From the sequence record PP582757.1: DNA of 64,000 bases; one strand, given 5' to 3'. Positions within the stretch are counted from its first letter, which is position 1, and each line of letters starts with the position of its first letter. The position numbers and the translations under genes are program-made. The stretch comes from Klebsiella phage vB_KM5a1-KLB31. The notes below the pieces were generated by a model. The model did no database searches. It saw only the letters and a program-made list of their open reading frames with translations, and was not told the origin of the DNA. Shown piece by piece: positions 1 through 10,017 of the stretch.

Positions 1-1132
1 TAACTTTCTTCTGGTCTTTCAACGAATTGAAGATAATAGCGTCCCAAGTCTTAATTGGACTGAACACTGATTGAATCTGCATCTTCGCATAATAACCCAT
101 CGACAAACTCAGGTTAATGAACTGGCGTTTCATGTCGATTTGAATAACACGATACACATCGATAATGTTATAAGAAATATAACGTTGATGGTTCGTTTCA
201 CGTAATTTGGAAATAGGACCATCATAAGGCAGTTTGCCGACCTTCAATTCGTATTCAGACACATAGTCCAAAGAATAAGATGGCTGGTTGGTGAAACTGA
301 ATTTCTTATAAAGGTCGATATAATCCAGCATACTGATACCGTACAACTGAATAATCTGACGAGTACCATACATGTTCTCAACTTCTTTAATACGAACACG
401 ACGGTGTGGTGACAGACGTTTAGCAGTACTTTCACTGAACAGGTTCTTCAAACGGTTATACACGTACGGCACGTCAAATGCCTCAACGTTCCAACCAGTC
501 AGAACTACTGGGGTCTTTTCTTCCCACAGGTTCAAATATTCAAGCAGAAGTTCTTTTTCATCATCGAACGGCATATAAACGATTTTTTCTGCAATTTCTT
601 CAGGCAGTGCATCACCACCTTGTTCTTCAATCTTACGAGCAAGTTCTAGTGACCAACGTCTCACATTACCATATGGAGAACCAAGAAGGTCAAACACATA
701 GAAACGATCGTCGATAGAATCATAATGTGTGATTGCGTCAATCGGATGTTTAGCTTCAGCAGGTTCAGGGAATCCATCAGGAGATGTTACCTCGATGTCA
801 AAGTTAGCCACACGAATTTTAGTTTGGTCATAATGAATTTCACCACGATAAGTGTCACTGATATAGGACAATTTGTAGTCGTCCATACCAAGAGCTTCAA
901 GACCCATATCGTCCATACGTTTCATCCAATCTTTGGCTTCACGCATGGTTTCAAATGGTTTCTTCTTACAATACTTTCCGTAGATATCTTTATATTCAGT
1001 TTCTTCGTTAGTGTGCATGAACATGCATGGCGCATAAATCACTTCACGAGTTTGTTCCCGACCATTCTTATCAATGAATCGTTCAAAGATTTTATCACCG
1101 GCTTGTTCGACTGTCAAATAAAATTCTTGCAT
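1..1132 (-). CDS. 43: DNA polymerase gp43, N-terminal part (the C-terminal remainder lies upstream of window position 1 on the minus strand)
   Basis: The reverse-strand translation from the ATG at 1132-1130 reads MQEFYLTVEQAGDKIFERFIDKNGREQTREV...VANFDIEVT...ISYNIIDV... This is a near-collinear match to the T4 gp43 N-terminus and its exonuclease motifs. It is absent from the ORF track only because no stop codon falls inside the window. Confidence 0.9.
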   Translation of the reverse strand, partial: MQEFYLTVEQAGDKIFERFIDKNGREQTREVIYAPCMFMHTNEETEYKDIYGKYCKKKPFETMREAKDWMKRMDDMGLEALGMDDYKLSYISDTYRGEIHYDQTKIRVANFDIEVTSPDGFPEPAEAKHPIDAITHYDSIDDRFYVFDLLGSPYGNVRRWSLELARKIEEQGGDALPEEIAEKIVYMPFDDEKELLLEYLNLWEEKTPVVLTGWNVEAFDVPYVYNRLKNLFSESTAKRLSPHRRVRIKEVENMYGTRQIIQLYGISMLDYIDLYKKFSFTNQPSYSLDYVSEYELKVGKLPYDGPISKLRETNHQRYISYNIIDVYRVIQIDMKRQFINLSLSMGYYAKMQIQSVFSPIKTWDAIIFNSLKDQKKV

Positions 1133-1186
1133 GGTTTTCCCTTAGACGAGTAATTGTCTTTTGTTTGATGAACTTATTATACTCCA

Positions 1187-1207
1187 AATGGGACCGAAGT
1201 CCCATTG
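1187..1207 (-). terminator. Stable stem-loop, GGGAC-UUCG-GUCCC on the minus-strand RNA, between regA and gene 43
   Basis: AATGGGACCGAAGTCCCATT forms a perfect inverted repeat. On the minus transcript the loop is a UUCG tetraloop. Confidence 0.6.
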
Positions 1208-1208
1208 C

Positions 1209-1577
1209 TTAATTTCCAATCGTGTATTTGGCTTTCAAAGTCCATTCGTGTTTCTGTTTGAAAGAAATAACACGGAAGTTGTTAGACAGTTCTTTCATGA
1301 ATGTACGTTGACCAGGAGCGATTTCAATCAGACCCCAGTCTTCAAGCAGCCATGTGATGCTATCACGACGAATTTCATCTTCTTCGTCAATAACAACTGG
1401 TCGTCCGTCCATCTTCAACATTTCTTTAAAGTGGACAACAAAATAACGACCTTGTTTTTGAAGGATATGGCAACTCTGATATAATACTTTATCTTTGTTG
1501 TTAGCAATACCCATACGTGTCAGGGTTTCTTTTACCTTCAGAAAGTCTTCAGGGTTTTTCAGGTTAATTTCAATCAT
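1209..1577 (-). CDS. regA: RegA translational repressor
   Basis: The 122 aa product MIEINLKNPEDFLKVKETLTRMGIANNKDKVLYQSCHILQKQGRYFVVHFKEM... closely matches T4 RegA. It sits in the conserved 43-regA-62 position. Confidence 0.9.
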   Translation of the reverse strand: MIEINLKNPEDFLKVKETLTRMGIANNKDKVLYQSCHILQKQGRYFVVHFKEMLKMDGRPVVIDEEDEIRRDSITWLLEDWGLIEIAPGQRTFMKELSNNFRVISFKQKHEWTLKAKYTIGN

Positions 1578-1578
1578 A

Positions 1579-2151
1579 TTACCATTCCAATGCTTGCTTT
1601 TTAAATTGCTTTTGTTCTTTCACATTCTTAGTGATGGACTTCAGGAATTCGTCAGTCACTAACCCTTTCATCTTCTTCAATACTGCAGGAAGATTGCCTT
1701 TCAATTTGTAGGTTTCGAGATAACGGACAGCGTCATCGTTATTAATCGTATGGAACTTCATTAATAACCGGGTGATGAACACAACGTTCACATCATCGTC
1801 ATGGGCCTTAGCCCATTTACCGAATCTCTTACCTTTTGGAACTGCATGAAGCAAATAGTTGAAATGACTTTGGTCATCTAATTTCAAACAATTCACTAAA
1901 GCCGATTGCATAATACAATCGACATGTTGACTCAGACTATTATCAATCCAGAACTGATTATAGTTCTCAGATTGTGCCAGGTTACGTTGTTTCTTACCGA
2001 ATGTGATATCATTCAAGATTGCAAACAATTCGTTCTCTGCCTTCTCTTTAAACGAATCGGACAATTCTTGAACCTTATCAAAGTCGCGTTGTTTCCAGGC
2101 GACTTCATGTTCATTCAGTTCAACGTCATCATCAAAGAGACTTACAGCCAT
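1579..2151 (-). CDS. 62: Clamp loader small subunit gp62
   Basis: A 190 aa ORF lies immediately upstream of regA and overlaps the stop of gene 44, which is the T4 62/44 arrangement. Confidence 0.8.
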   Translation of the reverse strand: MAVSLFDDDVELNEHEVAWKQRDFDKVQELSDSFKEKAENELFAILNDITFGKKQRNLAQSENYNQFWIDNSLSQHVDCIMQSALVNCLKLDDQSHFNYLLHAVPKGKRFGKWAKAHDDDVNVVFITRLLMKFHTINNDDAVRYLETYKLKGNLPAVLKKMKGLVTDEFLKSITKNVKEQKQFKKQALEW

Positions 2152-3125
2152 TGGAGCTCCAGAGCAAGTTGAATGAACAGATATGTCATGTGAATTTCAG
2201 GGTTCGCAGCGATACCGTGATATTGGTTATTTTCACCGACAATTTCATACATTCTAACAATACTTGCAGATGGCAGTTTACCATACAGGTCATTGGCTAG
2301 AGCTTGAACAAAGTTTGCATAATCGTTCACATGACGTGGAGCCAGTGCACGAAGGTCTTTGAAGTTCTTATCTTTCAATGCTGCAACGACTTCATCAATT
2401 GGCGATGCCGTATTCATGATAACACTGAGAATACCGGTATCAATCTTGCCACTTGCCGCATAACGGTCTAGCTGATTAATGGTCTTACGGAAGTCTGGGA
2501 AATTCTGTTTAACCAGGGCTGCAATAACTTTCAGGTCTTCGACCACAACTTCTTCGTTCTTACAAATCGCTACAGCACGATGAATCATTTCTTTCATCAT
2601 ATTTGTTTGGTCTGTAGGAGTTGCTTCACCAAACTTAATAACACGACAACGTGACTGCAATGGAGTAATAATACCATCGATGTTGTTTGCCGTAATAATA
2701 ACAGAGCAGTTTGAAGAATATGCTTCTAAGAATGAACGAAGGTGGCGTTGAGCTTCAGCAACACCTGCACGGTCAAATTCATCAATAACGATTACTTTAC
2801 GACGACCTTCAATAGATTTTGAAGATGCAAAACGAGTGAGTTCATTACGAACAAAATCAATACGACAGTCTGAACCATTCACAAACATCATATCAGAATT
2901 TGTATCATGACACAATGCTTTGGCTACAGTTGTTTTGCCTGTACCTGGTGAAGCAGAAACGAGGATAATGTTTGGGATAAGACCCTTATCAACGATTGCT
3001 TGAAGAGTGGCTTTATCTTGAGCCGGAAGAATACATTCGGCCAGAGTAGTAGGACGGAATTTTTGTTCCCACATGAATTCATTATTATTAACGCTTAACA
3101 TTACATTTTCCTCAGTTGGTTTCAC
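2142..3125 (-). CDS. 44: Clamp loader large subunit gp44 (AAA+)
   Basis: Walker A SPGTGKTT and Walker B VIVIDEFD are present. The product is collinear with T4 gp44 (MK..QKFRP...ILP...). Confidence 0.92.
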   Translation of the reverse strand: MKPTEENVMLSVNNNEFMWEQKFRPTTLAECILPAQDKATLQAIVDKGLIPNIILVSASPGTGKTTVAKALCHDTNSDMMFVNGSDCRIDFVRNELTRFASSKSIEGRRKVIVIDEFDRAGVAEAQRHLRSFLEAYSSNCSVIITANNIDGIITPLQSRCRVIKFGEATPTDQTNMMKEMIHRAVAICKNEEVVVEDLKVIAALVKQNFPDFRKTINQLDRYAASGKIDTGILSVIMNTASPIDEVVAALKDKNFKDLRALAPRHVNDYANFVQALANDLYGKLPSASIVRMYEIVGENNQYHGIAANPEIHMTYLFIQLALELQWL

Positions 3126-3135
3126 TTAATACTCC

Positions 3136-3156
3136 ATGGGAGCCGAAGCTCCCAAT
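3136..3156 (-). terminator. UUCG-tetraloop hairpin (GGGAGC-UUCG-GCUCCC on the minus RNA)
   Basis: The inverted repeat ATGGGAGCCGAAGCTCCCAAT lies between genes 45 and 44. Confidence 0.55.
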
Positions 3157-3158
3157 TA

Positions 3159-3851
3159 TTATGCAAATTCGTGAGTACTGCCTTCTTCCATTGCAATAAC
3201 ATAGGAAGCTTGAGAACCTTCGAACTTGGTTGCAAATTTCTTATCTTTTGCCCACAGCATAACACGATAGTCAGCTGGAATCATTCGCATATTAGACATG
3301 TTGATAATAAACTTGAATTGTTCAGGCGCATCATAATCGCCTACAACTAGAGAATAAATGGTACGAACCAGGTCTTTATCTTCCAGCTGGTTATGACCAT
3401 CGATAACGATTTTACCATCTTTAGAACGGAAGACCAAAGTATCGATCTGCATACCACGTGCTACACGCATCAGCTGTTGTAGGTCTTCACCTTTAAGGTC
3501 GAAAATAACATTCGCTACTGGGAATGGAATTTTCTTGGCTGGGAACACGATAGTACTCGGATCGGCTACTGGCCAATGAATTGTTGAACGCTGGTCACGA
3601 ATTACCAGAGTCGTTTCGTCTTCACTTACTGATACTTCGGCAGAATCAGAAACCAGACTCAGAATAGACAGGAAACCATTCAGGTCATAGATTGCCGCTT
3701 CGATATCAATTTCATCATTAACTTCGGCTTCACCATAACTTGCACCTGTTACAGAACGAGTTAGAATTGTATTACCAGGACGAAGCATAATACCAGAATA
3801 GATGCCGGAGAAGTTTTTCAGTACTGCAATGGTGTCTTTAGAGAATTTCAT
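3159..3851 (-). CDS. 45: Sliding clamp gp45
   Basis: MKFSKDTIAVLKNFSGIYSGIMLR...FIINMSNMRMIPADYRVMLWAKDK... is highly similar to T4 gp45 (228 aa). Confidence 0.93.
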   Translation of the reverse strand: MKFSKDTIAVLKNFSGIYSGIMLRPGNTILTRSVTGASYGEAEVNDEIDIEAAIYDLNGFLSILSLVSDSAEVSVSEDETTLVIRDQRSTIHWPVADPSTIVFPAKKIPFPVANVIFDLKGEDLQQLMRVARGMQIDTLVFRSKDGKIVIDGHNQLEDKDLVRTIYSLVVGDYDAPEQFKFIINMSNMRMIPADYRVMLWAKDKKFATKFEGSQASYVIAMEEGSTHEFA

Positions 3852-3881
3852 TTAATTACCTTTTATTCAAATCAGATTTAA

Positions 3882-4313
3882 TTATACTACAGCTTCGATA
3901 ACAGCCATTTGTTTCTTGATTGCAGCAGGCAGAGATTCAATGAACTCTGGGATGCTTGCAGCAATGATTTCACCAGCTTCGAGCAGTTGGTCATCAGCAT
4001 CAACACAATATTCGTCTTCAAGACGATCGGCACCGACTGGGTCCATTACGAACTTAGCACCGGAATCTACACTGTCAGAAATGTGTTGGCGCATAATATC
4101 TAACCACTTTTCAGAAACTTCATCATCAATTGCTTCATAAAGCATGAACTTAGTTTCTTGTGGCAGAGATTTCAGACGAGTCGCAGATGTTTCATCACAA
4201 TGGAGAACCCATGAACGACGAATTTTATTTTGGTTGTTCGGATTAGAATCAGTACGAACATTTTTAGGCTGGATATCACGAGCAGTAAAACCAAGTGCAG
4301 ATACATATGACAT
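3882..4313 (-). CDS. rpbA: RNA polymerase-binding protein RpbA-like
   Basis: An acidic 143 aa product sits in the T4 rpbA position between 45 and 46. Confidence 0.55.
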   Translation of the reverse strand: MSYVSALGFTARDIQPKNVRTDSNPNNQNKIRRSWVLHCDETSATRLKSLPQETKFMLYEAIDDEVSEKWLDIMRQHISDSVDSGAKFVMDPVGADRLEDEYCVDADDQLLEAGEIIAASIPEFIESLPAAIKKQMAVIEAVV

Positions 4314-4324
4314 ATTATTTCTCT

Positions 4325-4519
4325 CTAATCAAAATATTCATAAACGAACCAAGCAGGATGACGGTTCGACATTATTTTATCACACTCAGAAAGAAAAGCA
4401 TTTTTAAGCATTTCTTTAGTCACTAAGTGATTCGTCTCGTTATGTGTATTTGTCAACACATAACGTTTAACTTCAGGAAAGGCCAGCAGATGCTGACCTG
4501 TTGCAAATTCAATAGCCAT
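4325..4519 (-). CDS. Small conserved hypothetical protein (45.2 position)
   Basis: This 64 aa ORF is tightly packed between rpbA and 46. Confidence 0.45.
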   Translation of the reverse strand: MAIEFATGQHLLAFPEVKRYVLTNTHNETNHLVTKEMLKNAFLSECDKIMSNRHPAWFVYEYFD

Positions 4520-6201
4520 TATTCCATTACCGTAAAGCGTCCGACCTTTTTCATCTGAAGATGTTGGCCGTATGCCTGTGGGTCATGGTCACGATGTGAA
4601 ATAATAAACACGTTTGAATCTTGTAGACTATTCAGTATTGTACCAATGGTTTTAACACCGTCGGTATCAGTTGCTGAATCGAATACTTCATCCAAAATCA
4701 GGGTGGAGATATTAATACCACTCACCTTAGAAGCAATATCACGCCAAGTAAATAACAAGGCGATATCTATACGTGCCTTTTCACCTTGACTAAAGCTGAA
4801 ATAGCTAAAGTCTTCACGACCACGAGATTTAATAGACTCGTTGAACTCTTCGTCTAAAGTGAAAACATAATCAGCTTCCATAATCTTTAAGTAGTGATTA
4901 ATCTGCTTATTGAAAATTGGAATGTACTTCTTAATGATTGCACCCTTGATGCCAGAGTCCTTTAACATTTCGGTCAAGATACCACGATGGTATTTTTCCA
5001 TGACCAGAGTTGTTTTCTCTTTCACAATTTTATCCAAGTCTGCTTGGAGCACTGCAATTTCATCGGCATGACTGATGAATTCAGCTGCGGCCTGTTCGAT
5101 TAAGACTTTAACCTTCTTGGCTTTTTCTACGGCTGTAATGGCTGTAGATTTATGACCCTGAATTTGTGTCTTAATATCACGAGCAACAGATTGTTGACGA
5201 TGAACTTCATCTTGAATTACTTTCAATTCACGACGTTGAGATTGTATCTCTTGAATGTTCGTTTGTAACGTATTAGCTTTATCTTTAATCTTAGAGACAA
5301 GATTACTGTGAGTATCTAATGCCTGCATACACGTAGGACAATCACCACCATGGTCGTACAGCCCAATAACCTTATTATAGGTTTGGAAACCATTTTGAAG
5401 TGCAGCTGCTTGTCGGTCTAAAGTGTCCAGGGCGTCGCTAGGGTCATCATCAATGATTACGGCAAGTAAATCATCAGTTAACTTTTCGATGTTCGCCTTG
5501 GCGGTCCTGGCTTCACCTACGAGGTCATCGTACATTGTTTGTAGACGAGCAGCGTTATCACCAGACAATTTCTTCTGACGTTCTTCGTTGTCATTGTAAA
5601 TCTTAATCTGTTGTGTGATACCGTCTTGTTTAACATCGATTACCTGAATCTGAGAATTCGTTTCACGAATCAATGATTTGTTCAGTTTGTCCATTTCAGC
5701 TAAGATTGATACTTCGAGCAAATCTTCGACGAGCTTACGTCTTGCGGGTGTGCTAAGACCCATGAACGGAGTATAGCCTGCCGTTCCGAGCACGACAATT
5801 TGTTTAAAGCTGGAATAGGACATTCCGATGAGTTGTTCGAATTGCTCTTGGAAGTCTTTAGCGCTTGCACTTTCATCAAGTGCTTTACCGTTGACGTGGA
5901 CTTCGAAGACATTTGGTTTCTGGCCTCGTTTAACATAATATTCTTTGCCATCAAATTCCATCCAGAGTTCGACCAAAAGGTCTTTCTTATTAGAACTGTT
6001 CAGCAATTGGCCTTTCTTGACATCACGGAATGGCTTACCAAATAAAGCAAAAGTTATTGCTTCAAGGAATGTTGATTTGCCTGCTCCATTTTTACCAGTG
6101 ACAAGAGTCTTTTGATGTTTGTCAAGAATAATAGTGATGGGCTGAGCGCCCACCGACATAATATTTTTATAGATGACTTTCTTTAGCTTAAACGTTTTCA
6201 T
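4519..6201 (-). CDS. 46: Recombination endonuclease subunit gp46 (Rad50/SbcC-like ATPase)
   Basis: Walker A GKNGAGKST near the N-terminus, central coiled-coil with a CPTC zinc hook, and C-terminal signature/Walker B (LILDEVFD). The 560 aa product matches T4 gp46. Confidence 0.93.
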   Translation of the reverse strand: MKTFKLKKVIYKNIMSVGAQPITIILDKHQKTLVTGKNGAGKSTFLEAITFALFGKPFRDVKKGQLLNSSNKKDLLVELWMEFDGKEYYVKRGQKPNVFEVHVNGKALDESASAKDFQEQFEQLIGMSYSSFKQIVVLGTAGYTPFMGLSTPARRKLVEDLLEVSILAEMDKLNKSLIRETNSQIQVIDVKQDGITQQIKIYNDNEERQKKLSGDNAARLQTMYDDLVGEARTAKANIEKLTDDLLAVIIDDDPSDALDTLDRQAAALQNGFQTYNKVIGLYDHGGDCPTCMQALDTHSNLVSKIKDKANTLQTNIQEIQSQRRELKVIQDEVHRQQSVARDIKTQIQGHKSTAITAVEKAKKVKVLIEQAAAEFISHADEIAVLQADLDKIVKEKTTLVMEKYHRGILTEMLKDSGIKGAIIKKYIPIFNKQINHYLKIMEADYVFTLDEEFNESIKSRGREDFSYFSFSQGEKARIDIALLFTWRDIASKVSGINISTLILDEVFDSATDTDGVKTIGTILNSLQDSNVFIISHRDHDPQAYGQHLQMKKVGRFTVME

Positions 6202-6433
6202 CTTCCCACTCGCTTTTAATTAACGTTTCAGCTAATTGTATCACAGAAGCATCGGTGTCATCTTTATATGCATTAAAACTGAACTCGTAGCCGACATCAG
6301 TAGAAATATAATATGAAACCACTTTGCCTGAATTATCCAGGCATTTTTCAATATCATATTTGATGTGGAAAGTTTGGTCGAAATTCTCAACGTAACAAGT
6401 ACCATGCAGCATATTGCTATTAGCAGAAATCAT
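6188..6433 (-). CDS. Hypothetical protein (46.1 position)
   Basis: This 81 aa ORF overlaps the 46 start and the 47 stop. Confidence 0.45.
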   Translation of the reverse strand: MISANSNMLHGTCYVENFDQTFHIKYDIEKCLDNSGKVVSYYISTDVGYEFSFNAYKDDTDASVIQLAETLIKSEWEDENV

Positions 6434-7449
6434 TTACTCACCTCAATATAAAGTTGTTTGGCTAAAGACTTCAATGACTTACGGTCTTCATCAGAATGAC
6501 CATCAGGCAGTGCATCGATATAATCTTCCATCAGGTCTAACAATGATTTAATATCAATTTCTTCATCTGCTTCGCCTTCAACAGAGTCATCAACCTTTGA
6601 GACTACACGTAATGAATGGACTACTTTTTCAAGTTCACTTTCGAACTTAGGTAATCCTTTATCGATTGACTCAACAATAACACGCACTGCCAGATTTTTA
6701 AACTCGTCGTATTTGATTGTTTCGTTGGGATAACTAATCTTACGGTGCCATGTTGTAGGATTTGGGACGAAGTCAAACGTTTCTTTTTGAGTGTCCTGAA
6801 CCCAGAATCCTCGAGGGTCATTTTCGTCGCCCGCTGTAAGCGTCCACGGTGTGCCAATGTATTTGACATTAGCTGCGCTAGAGATTGTGTGGAAATGGCC
6901 TGACCACACTTGTTTGTATTTTTTGAGGAAGTCTGGTTCGAGCCCATGAGATTTCATTCCTTTATAGAAGTAGAAGCCATTCAGCTCCCAGTGACCAATA
7001 CAATATTGAGCAGAGCTTGTCTTGATGTGTTCCATTATTTCGGTCGTGTTCTCATCACACATCCATGGAATCAGGTCAATCAAAGTACCGTCAAAGTCAA
7101 ATGATACAGGCTTTTCAATCACAGTGATATGAGCATATTTACCAAGAACTTCTGTTGCCGCATTAGGAGTCAGAGTATTCTTGTAATGCATATCATGGTT
7201 GCCAACAATCGTAATCAGATGAATACCAGCTTCTTCAAGCTCATTAGCAATCTGACGAGCAAATTCCATGCACTTATGGGTAATTGCTTTACGTACGTCG
7301 AAGATATCACCATATTGAATAATGGTTTTGATGTTATGCTTTTTAGCATAAGCGATGTGGTCTCTGATACCCTTTAATTGGATTTCTTGGACCCACGGGT
7401 CATCGGCCTTAACACCTAAGTGCCAGTCGCCAGAATGGATAATTTTCAT
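6430..7449 (-). CDS. 47: Recombination endonuclease subunit gp47 (Mre11/SbcD-like phosphoesterase)
   Basis: MKIIHSGDWHLG...GDIFD...GNHD...GHWEL...GHFH carries the calcineurin-like phosphoesterase motifs. The product is collinear with T4 gp47 (339 aa). Confidence 0.95.
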   Translation of the reverse strand: MKIIHSGDWHLGVKADDPWVQEIQLKGIRDHIAYAKKHNIKTIIQYGDIFDVRKAITHKCMEFARQIANELEEAGIHLITIVGNHDMHYKNTLTPNAATEVLGKYAHITVIEKPVSFDFDGTLIDLIPWMCDENTTEIMEHIKTSSAQYCIGHWELNGFYFYKGMKSHGLEPDFLKKYKQVWSGHFHTISSAANVKYIGTPWTLTAGDENDPRGFWVQDTQKETFDFVPNPTTWHRKISYPNETIKYDEFKNLAVRVIVESIDKGLPKFESELEKVVHSLRVVSKVDDSVEGEADEEIDIKSLLDLMEDYIDALPDGHSDEDRKSLKSLAKQLYIEVSK

Positions 7450-7495
7450 TTGTTCACCTCTAAGGACATTATATTCTCCCGATTTAATAGCAGAA

Positions 7496-7515
7496 AAGGG
7501 ACCGAAGTCCCTTAA
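7496..7515 (-). terminator. UUCG-tetraloop hairpin downstream of the 47.x region
   Basis: AAGGGACCGAAGTCCCTTAA is a perfect inverted repeat. Confidence 0.55.
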
Positions 7516-7842
7516 ATTTTCTTGTACGTGATAGTGCCTTCAGCTTTAGCCTTTTCATACGACTCTTTGAATCGTCTCATTGCTTCAACCTTACCGGCAC
7601 GAATCTTTTCGTAATCAGGCTTAGAGGTCTGGTCTTTCATCAAAGACATCCACATCTTCGGCAAGTCTTACCATTGATACCACCTTTTAACCATAATTGT
7701 ATCGGCCCATACGACTTCTTTAGGATTGGCTTCAATAGCCTTACCTGTGTCGCCTAGAACACGATAGTGGGTTTCGGATAACTTGACAGCCATAACACCA
7801 TTAGCAACAGATAAAGTGAACCCTGCGTTAACCTTGAGACGC

Positions 7843-8163
7843 TTAAACGGTTTTTGTACCAGCATTGATAATATTCCAAATTTGTTGACGTGTCGAAGCC
7901 CACATAGAAGCAATGAGTACGTCGTTATAAGGCTGACGATAAATTGTACGCAGTTTTTCAATAGCATACTTATATGCGTCGTAGTTATTTTCTAGAACAG
8001 CACCTTGGGCGTGTTCATTCAAACGTTTGATTTCACGTTTGTGCTTTTTAAGAATAGCATTAGCCTGTTCTGTCGCAGTTTTGGCATTGGCTTCTTCTAA
8101 ACGTTTCTGAGCTTCTTCGATCTGTTCATCAGTTAGTTCAGACAGGCTGTCAATATCTTTCAT
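7843..8163 (-). CDS. Hypothetical coiled-coil protein (47.1 region)
   Basis: 106 aa ORF. No alpha-glucosyltransferase-sized gene is present between 47 and 55. Confidence 0.45.
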   Translation of the reverse strand: MKDIDSLSELTDEQIEEAQKRLEEANAKTATEQANAILKKHKREIKRLNEHAQGAVLENNYDAYKYAIEKLRTIYRQPYNDVLIASMWASTRQQIWNIINAGTKTV

Positions 8164-8164
8164 T

Positions 8165-8413
8165 TTAATCCTTTGGAGTTAGTTCAAGTGTGATATAGAA
8201 ATTATCATCAGTTACATGATAGCGATATTCTATATCATTATCATCGCTGGTCAAGTGAACTTCACCAGGATTCATAGGGTCTATTTTTATCGGCAACTTC
8301 TCAACATCCCGTAAATACATCTTAAGCAAATACGGTACTGCAGTGATGTCGCCGACTTCTTCAAGGAACCCAGCGAGGTTAATTGTTAGCCTCATATAAA
8401 AAATCCAATCCAC
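8165..8413 (-). CDS. Hypothetical protein
   Basis: An acidic 82 aa ORF that overlaps the gp55 start. Confidence 0.4.
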   Translation of the reverse strand: MDWIFYMRLTINLAGFLEEVGDITAVPYLLKMYLRDVEKLPIKIDPMNPGEVHLTSDDNDIEYRYHVTDDNFYITLELTPKD

Positions 8414-8951
8414 CTTCTTTAGGTTCGTCGCTCTTATCAGACCCTGGCGGCTTAATTAAAGAAGTTTCATACTGTGTCATTTTATCGTAGATGTCTTGGA
8501 TGAATGTTTCATCAGCCAATGCTACGATATCATCGTCACGACTGTCATAGACGTTGTGAACGAAATAACTGTACTTTTTAGCCATTTCTTTACGTTCTTT
8601 TTTGATACGCTGAACGAAGGCATTAAAGCAAGCTGTAGTTATATACGCATGAGGATTATCATACTTCGTTTCGTCAAAGTTATGAAGGCCTTTAATTGCG
8701 GCTTCAATACCGTCTGCGATCATTTCATCTTTCCAGGACTGGGTATATCCTGAGAAGTTAAAACGTTTTGACAGACCTTCGGCGATTAGCATAATAGCAA
8801 GACCAATCACATCATTCTGACGAACGATTTTATTTGGGTCTGTATTCGCATTGAGCTCTTGTTTCCATTTAGAAATGGCTTTCAAAAGCTCCTTATTATT
8901 TACATAATTGTTCTTGGTACGTTTGACTTCCATAGCAGCCTCTTTACTCAA
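8379..8951 (-). CDS. 55: Late-transcription sigma factor gp55
   Basis: ...[58 protein letters not shown]...[12 protein letters not shown]...LDFLYEAN is near-identical in its blocks to T4 gp55. Confidence 0.95.
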   Translation of the reverse strand: MSKEAAMEVKRTKNNYVNNKELLKAISKWKQELNANTDPNKIVRQNDVIGLAIMLIAEGLSKRFNFSGYTQSWKDEMIADGIEAAIKGLHNFDETKYDNPHAYITTACFNAFVQRIKKERKEMAKKYSYFVHNVYDSRDDDIVALADETFIQDIYDKMTQYETSLIKPPGSDKSDEPKEGGLDFLYEANN

Positions 8952-8998
8952 TTCATAGGTCCATTATATCATAGGTTGAGGGACCCGAATTTAAAGCA

Positions 8999-9271
8999 TC
9001 AAAAAGCGTTAGGACATGTCTCGTTCCAATGCTGTCGAACAATACCAGCAAAACGGTTAAATTCAATCGGATTCAACATAGGACGATTATTAACCTTTGT
9101 TGCATGATGAATAGCACCTAAAAACATCGTCTGGTTGATAACCAGGTCACGAAGATGGCTTTCAAAAAGCTCTCCAGCAGAGTCATCAATATAATGAATA
9201 GTATTATCTTTGCTTAGGATAAGCATACCATCTAAAGTAAGAAAACGATAAGGTATTTTAAGATTAATCAT
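8999..9271 (-). CDS. Hypothetical protein
   Basis: 90 aa ORF in the densely packed minus-strand operon. Confidence 0.45.
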   Translation of the reverse strand: MINLKIPYRFLTLDGMLILSKDNTIHYIDDSAGELFESHLRDLVINQTMFLGAIHHATKVNNRPMLNPIEFNRFAGIVRQHWNETCPNAF

Positions 9272-9543
9272 GGTAACTTTCTCAGAATCTGATACATTTC
9301 GAACAGTCGTTCACAAATGTTCAGGAATTCTTTGTAACTGAACGGTGCTTCAGTGAAGCCAATTTCTTTAACGTATTCGGTGAGTTCACGATAAAGACGT
9401 TCATAATGGCTATGATTCAGTTCAGACACATGCCACTGGTAGCTGTCATCAGCTTCTTCGTATGGGATAAAATAAATTCCCATATAGCTGTCAACAACAA
9501 ACTGAACGGTTCCCACGTCAAGAGCTAATTGATTGCGATTCAT
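9268..9543 (-). CDS. Hypothetical protein
   Basis: 91 aa, with stop/start overlap to its neighbours. Confidence 0.45.
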   Translation of the reverse strand: MNRNQLALDVGTVQFVVDSYMGIYFIPYEEADDSYQWHVSELNHSHYERLYRELTEYVKEIGFTEAPFSYKEFLNICERLFEMYQILRKLP

Positions 9544-9761
9544 TCTAGAACATCCTTAATATAATCTACAGCATTATACACTGAAGTAAAGGCATCTAAG
9601 AACTCATATGAATTCTCACGAATGATATACAGATGCCATTGTTCGAAGTCTTCTTCAATGACGTATTTGTCATTCTCTACAAACGTTTGGCCTTCTTTAT
9701 TAGAGACTAGATAACCTAATAGGCGAAGGTTAGCGATATCATCAGGAAATAATTTAGTCAT
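9540..9761 (-). CDS. Hypothetical protein
   Basis: 73 aa. Confidence 0.4.
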   Translation of the reverse strand: MTKLFPDDIANLRLLGYLVSNKEGQTFVENDKYVIEEDFEQWHLYIIRENSYEFLDAFTSVYNAVDYIKDVLE

Positions 9762-10017
9762 TCAGATATTCCTCAAATTCTTTTAAAGTCATGCCTTCGT
9801 TCCAGGCTGTAGAAGTGTTAACCTTAGTGTATTTTGTTTTAGAACTAATAGGATAAATTCTAAATTTACGATTAGTTTCTCTGAACGCAATGCACGCCTT
9901 GGCAATAGCATAACCTTGAGTCATTTTACGAGTTCGACACAACTTATTGTTGTATTCAACATAAGTCATTATAACTGAAACACCTTCAGGCAAATTAAGC
10001 ATCAAGATATTCCTCAA
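9754..10017 (-). CDS. Hypothetical protein, paralog of the next ORF (EEYL C-terminus)
   Basis: 87 aa; ends ...LKEFEEYLND. Confidence 0.45.
   Translation of the reverse strand: MRNILMLNLPEGVSVIMTYVEYNNKLCRTRKMTQGYAIAKACIAFRETNRKFRIYPISSKTKYTKVNTSTAWNEGMTLKEFEEYLND

Noticed and set aside
372-1484. Plus-strand ORFs (372-578, 478-717, 725-1153, 1161-1484) in the first 1.5 kb
   Set aside because: They lie antisense within the gp43 N-terminal coding region and within regA, and their products are low-complexity. The real genes are on the minus strand. The gp43 frame is missing from the track only because it has no stop codon inside the window.
7668-7995. Overlapping ORFs 7668-7967 (-) and 7783-7995 (+)
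   Set aside because: They overlap each other and the 7843-8163 ORF, and they have hydrophobic low-complexity translations and no RBS. They are probably spurious.
8940-9000. Possible MotA-dependent middle promoter (TGCTTTA ... TATAAT on the minus strand) upstream of gp55
   Set aside because: The MotA-box to -10 spacing is about 23 bp rather than the required ~12 bp.
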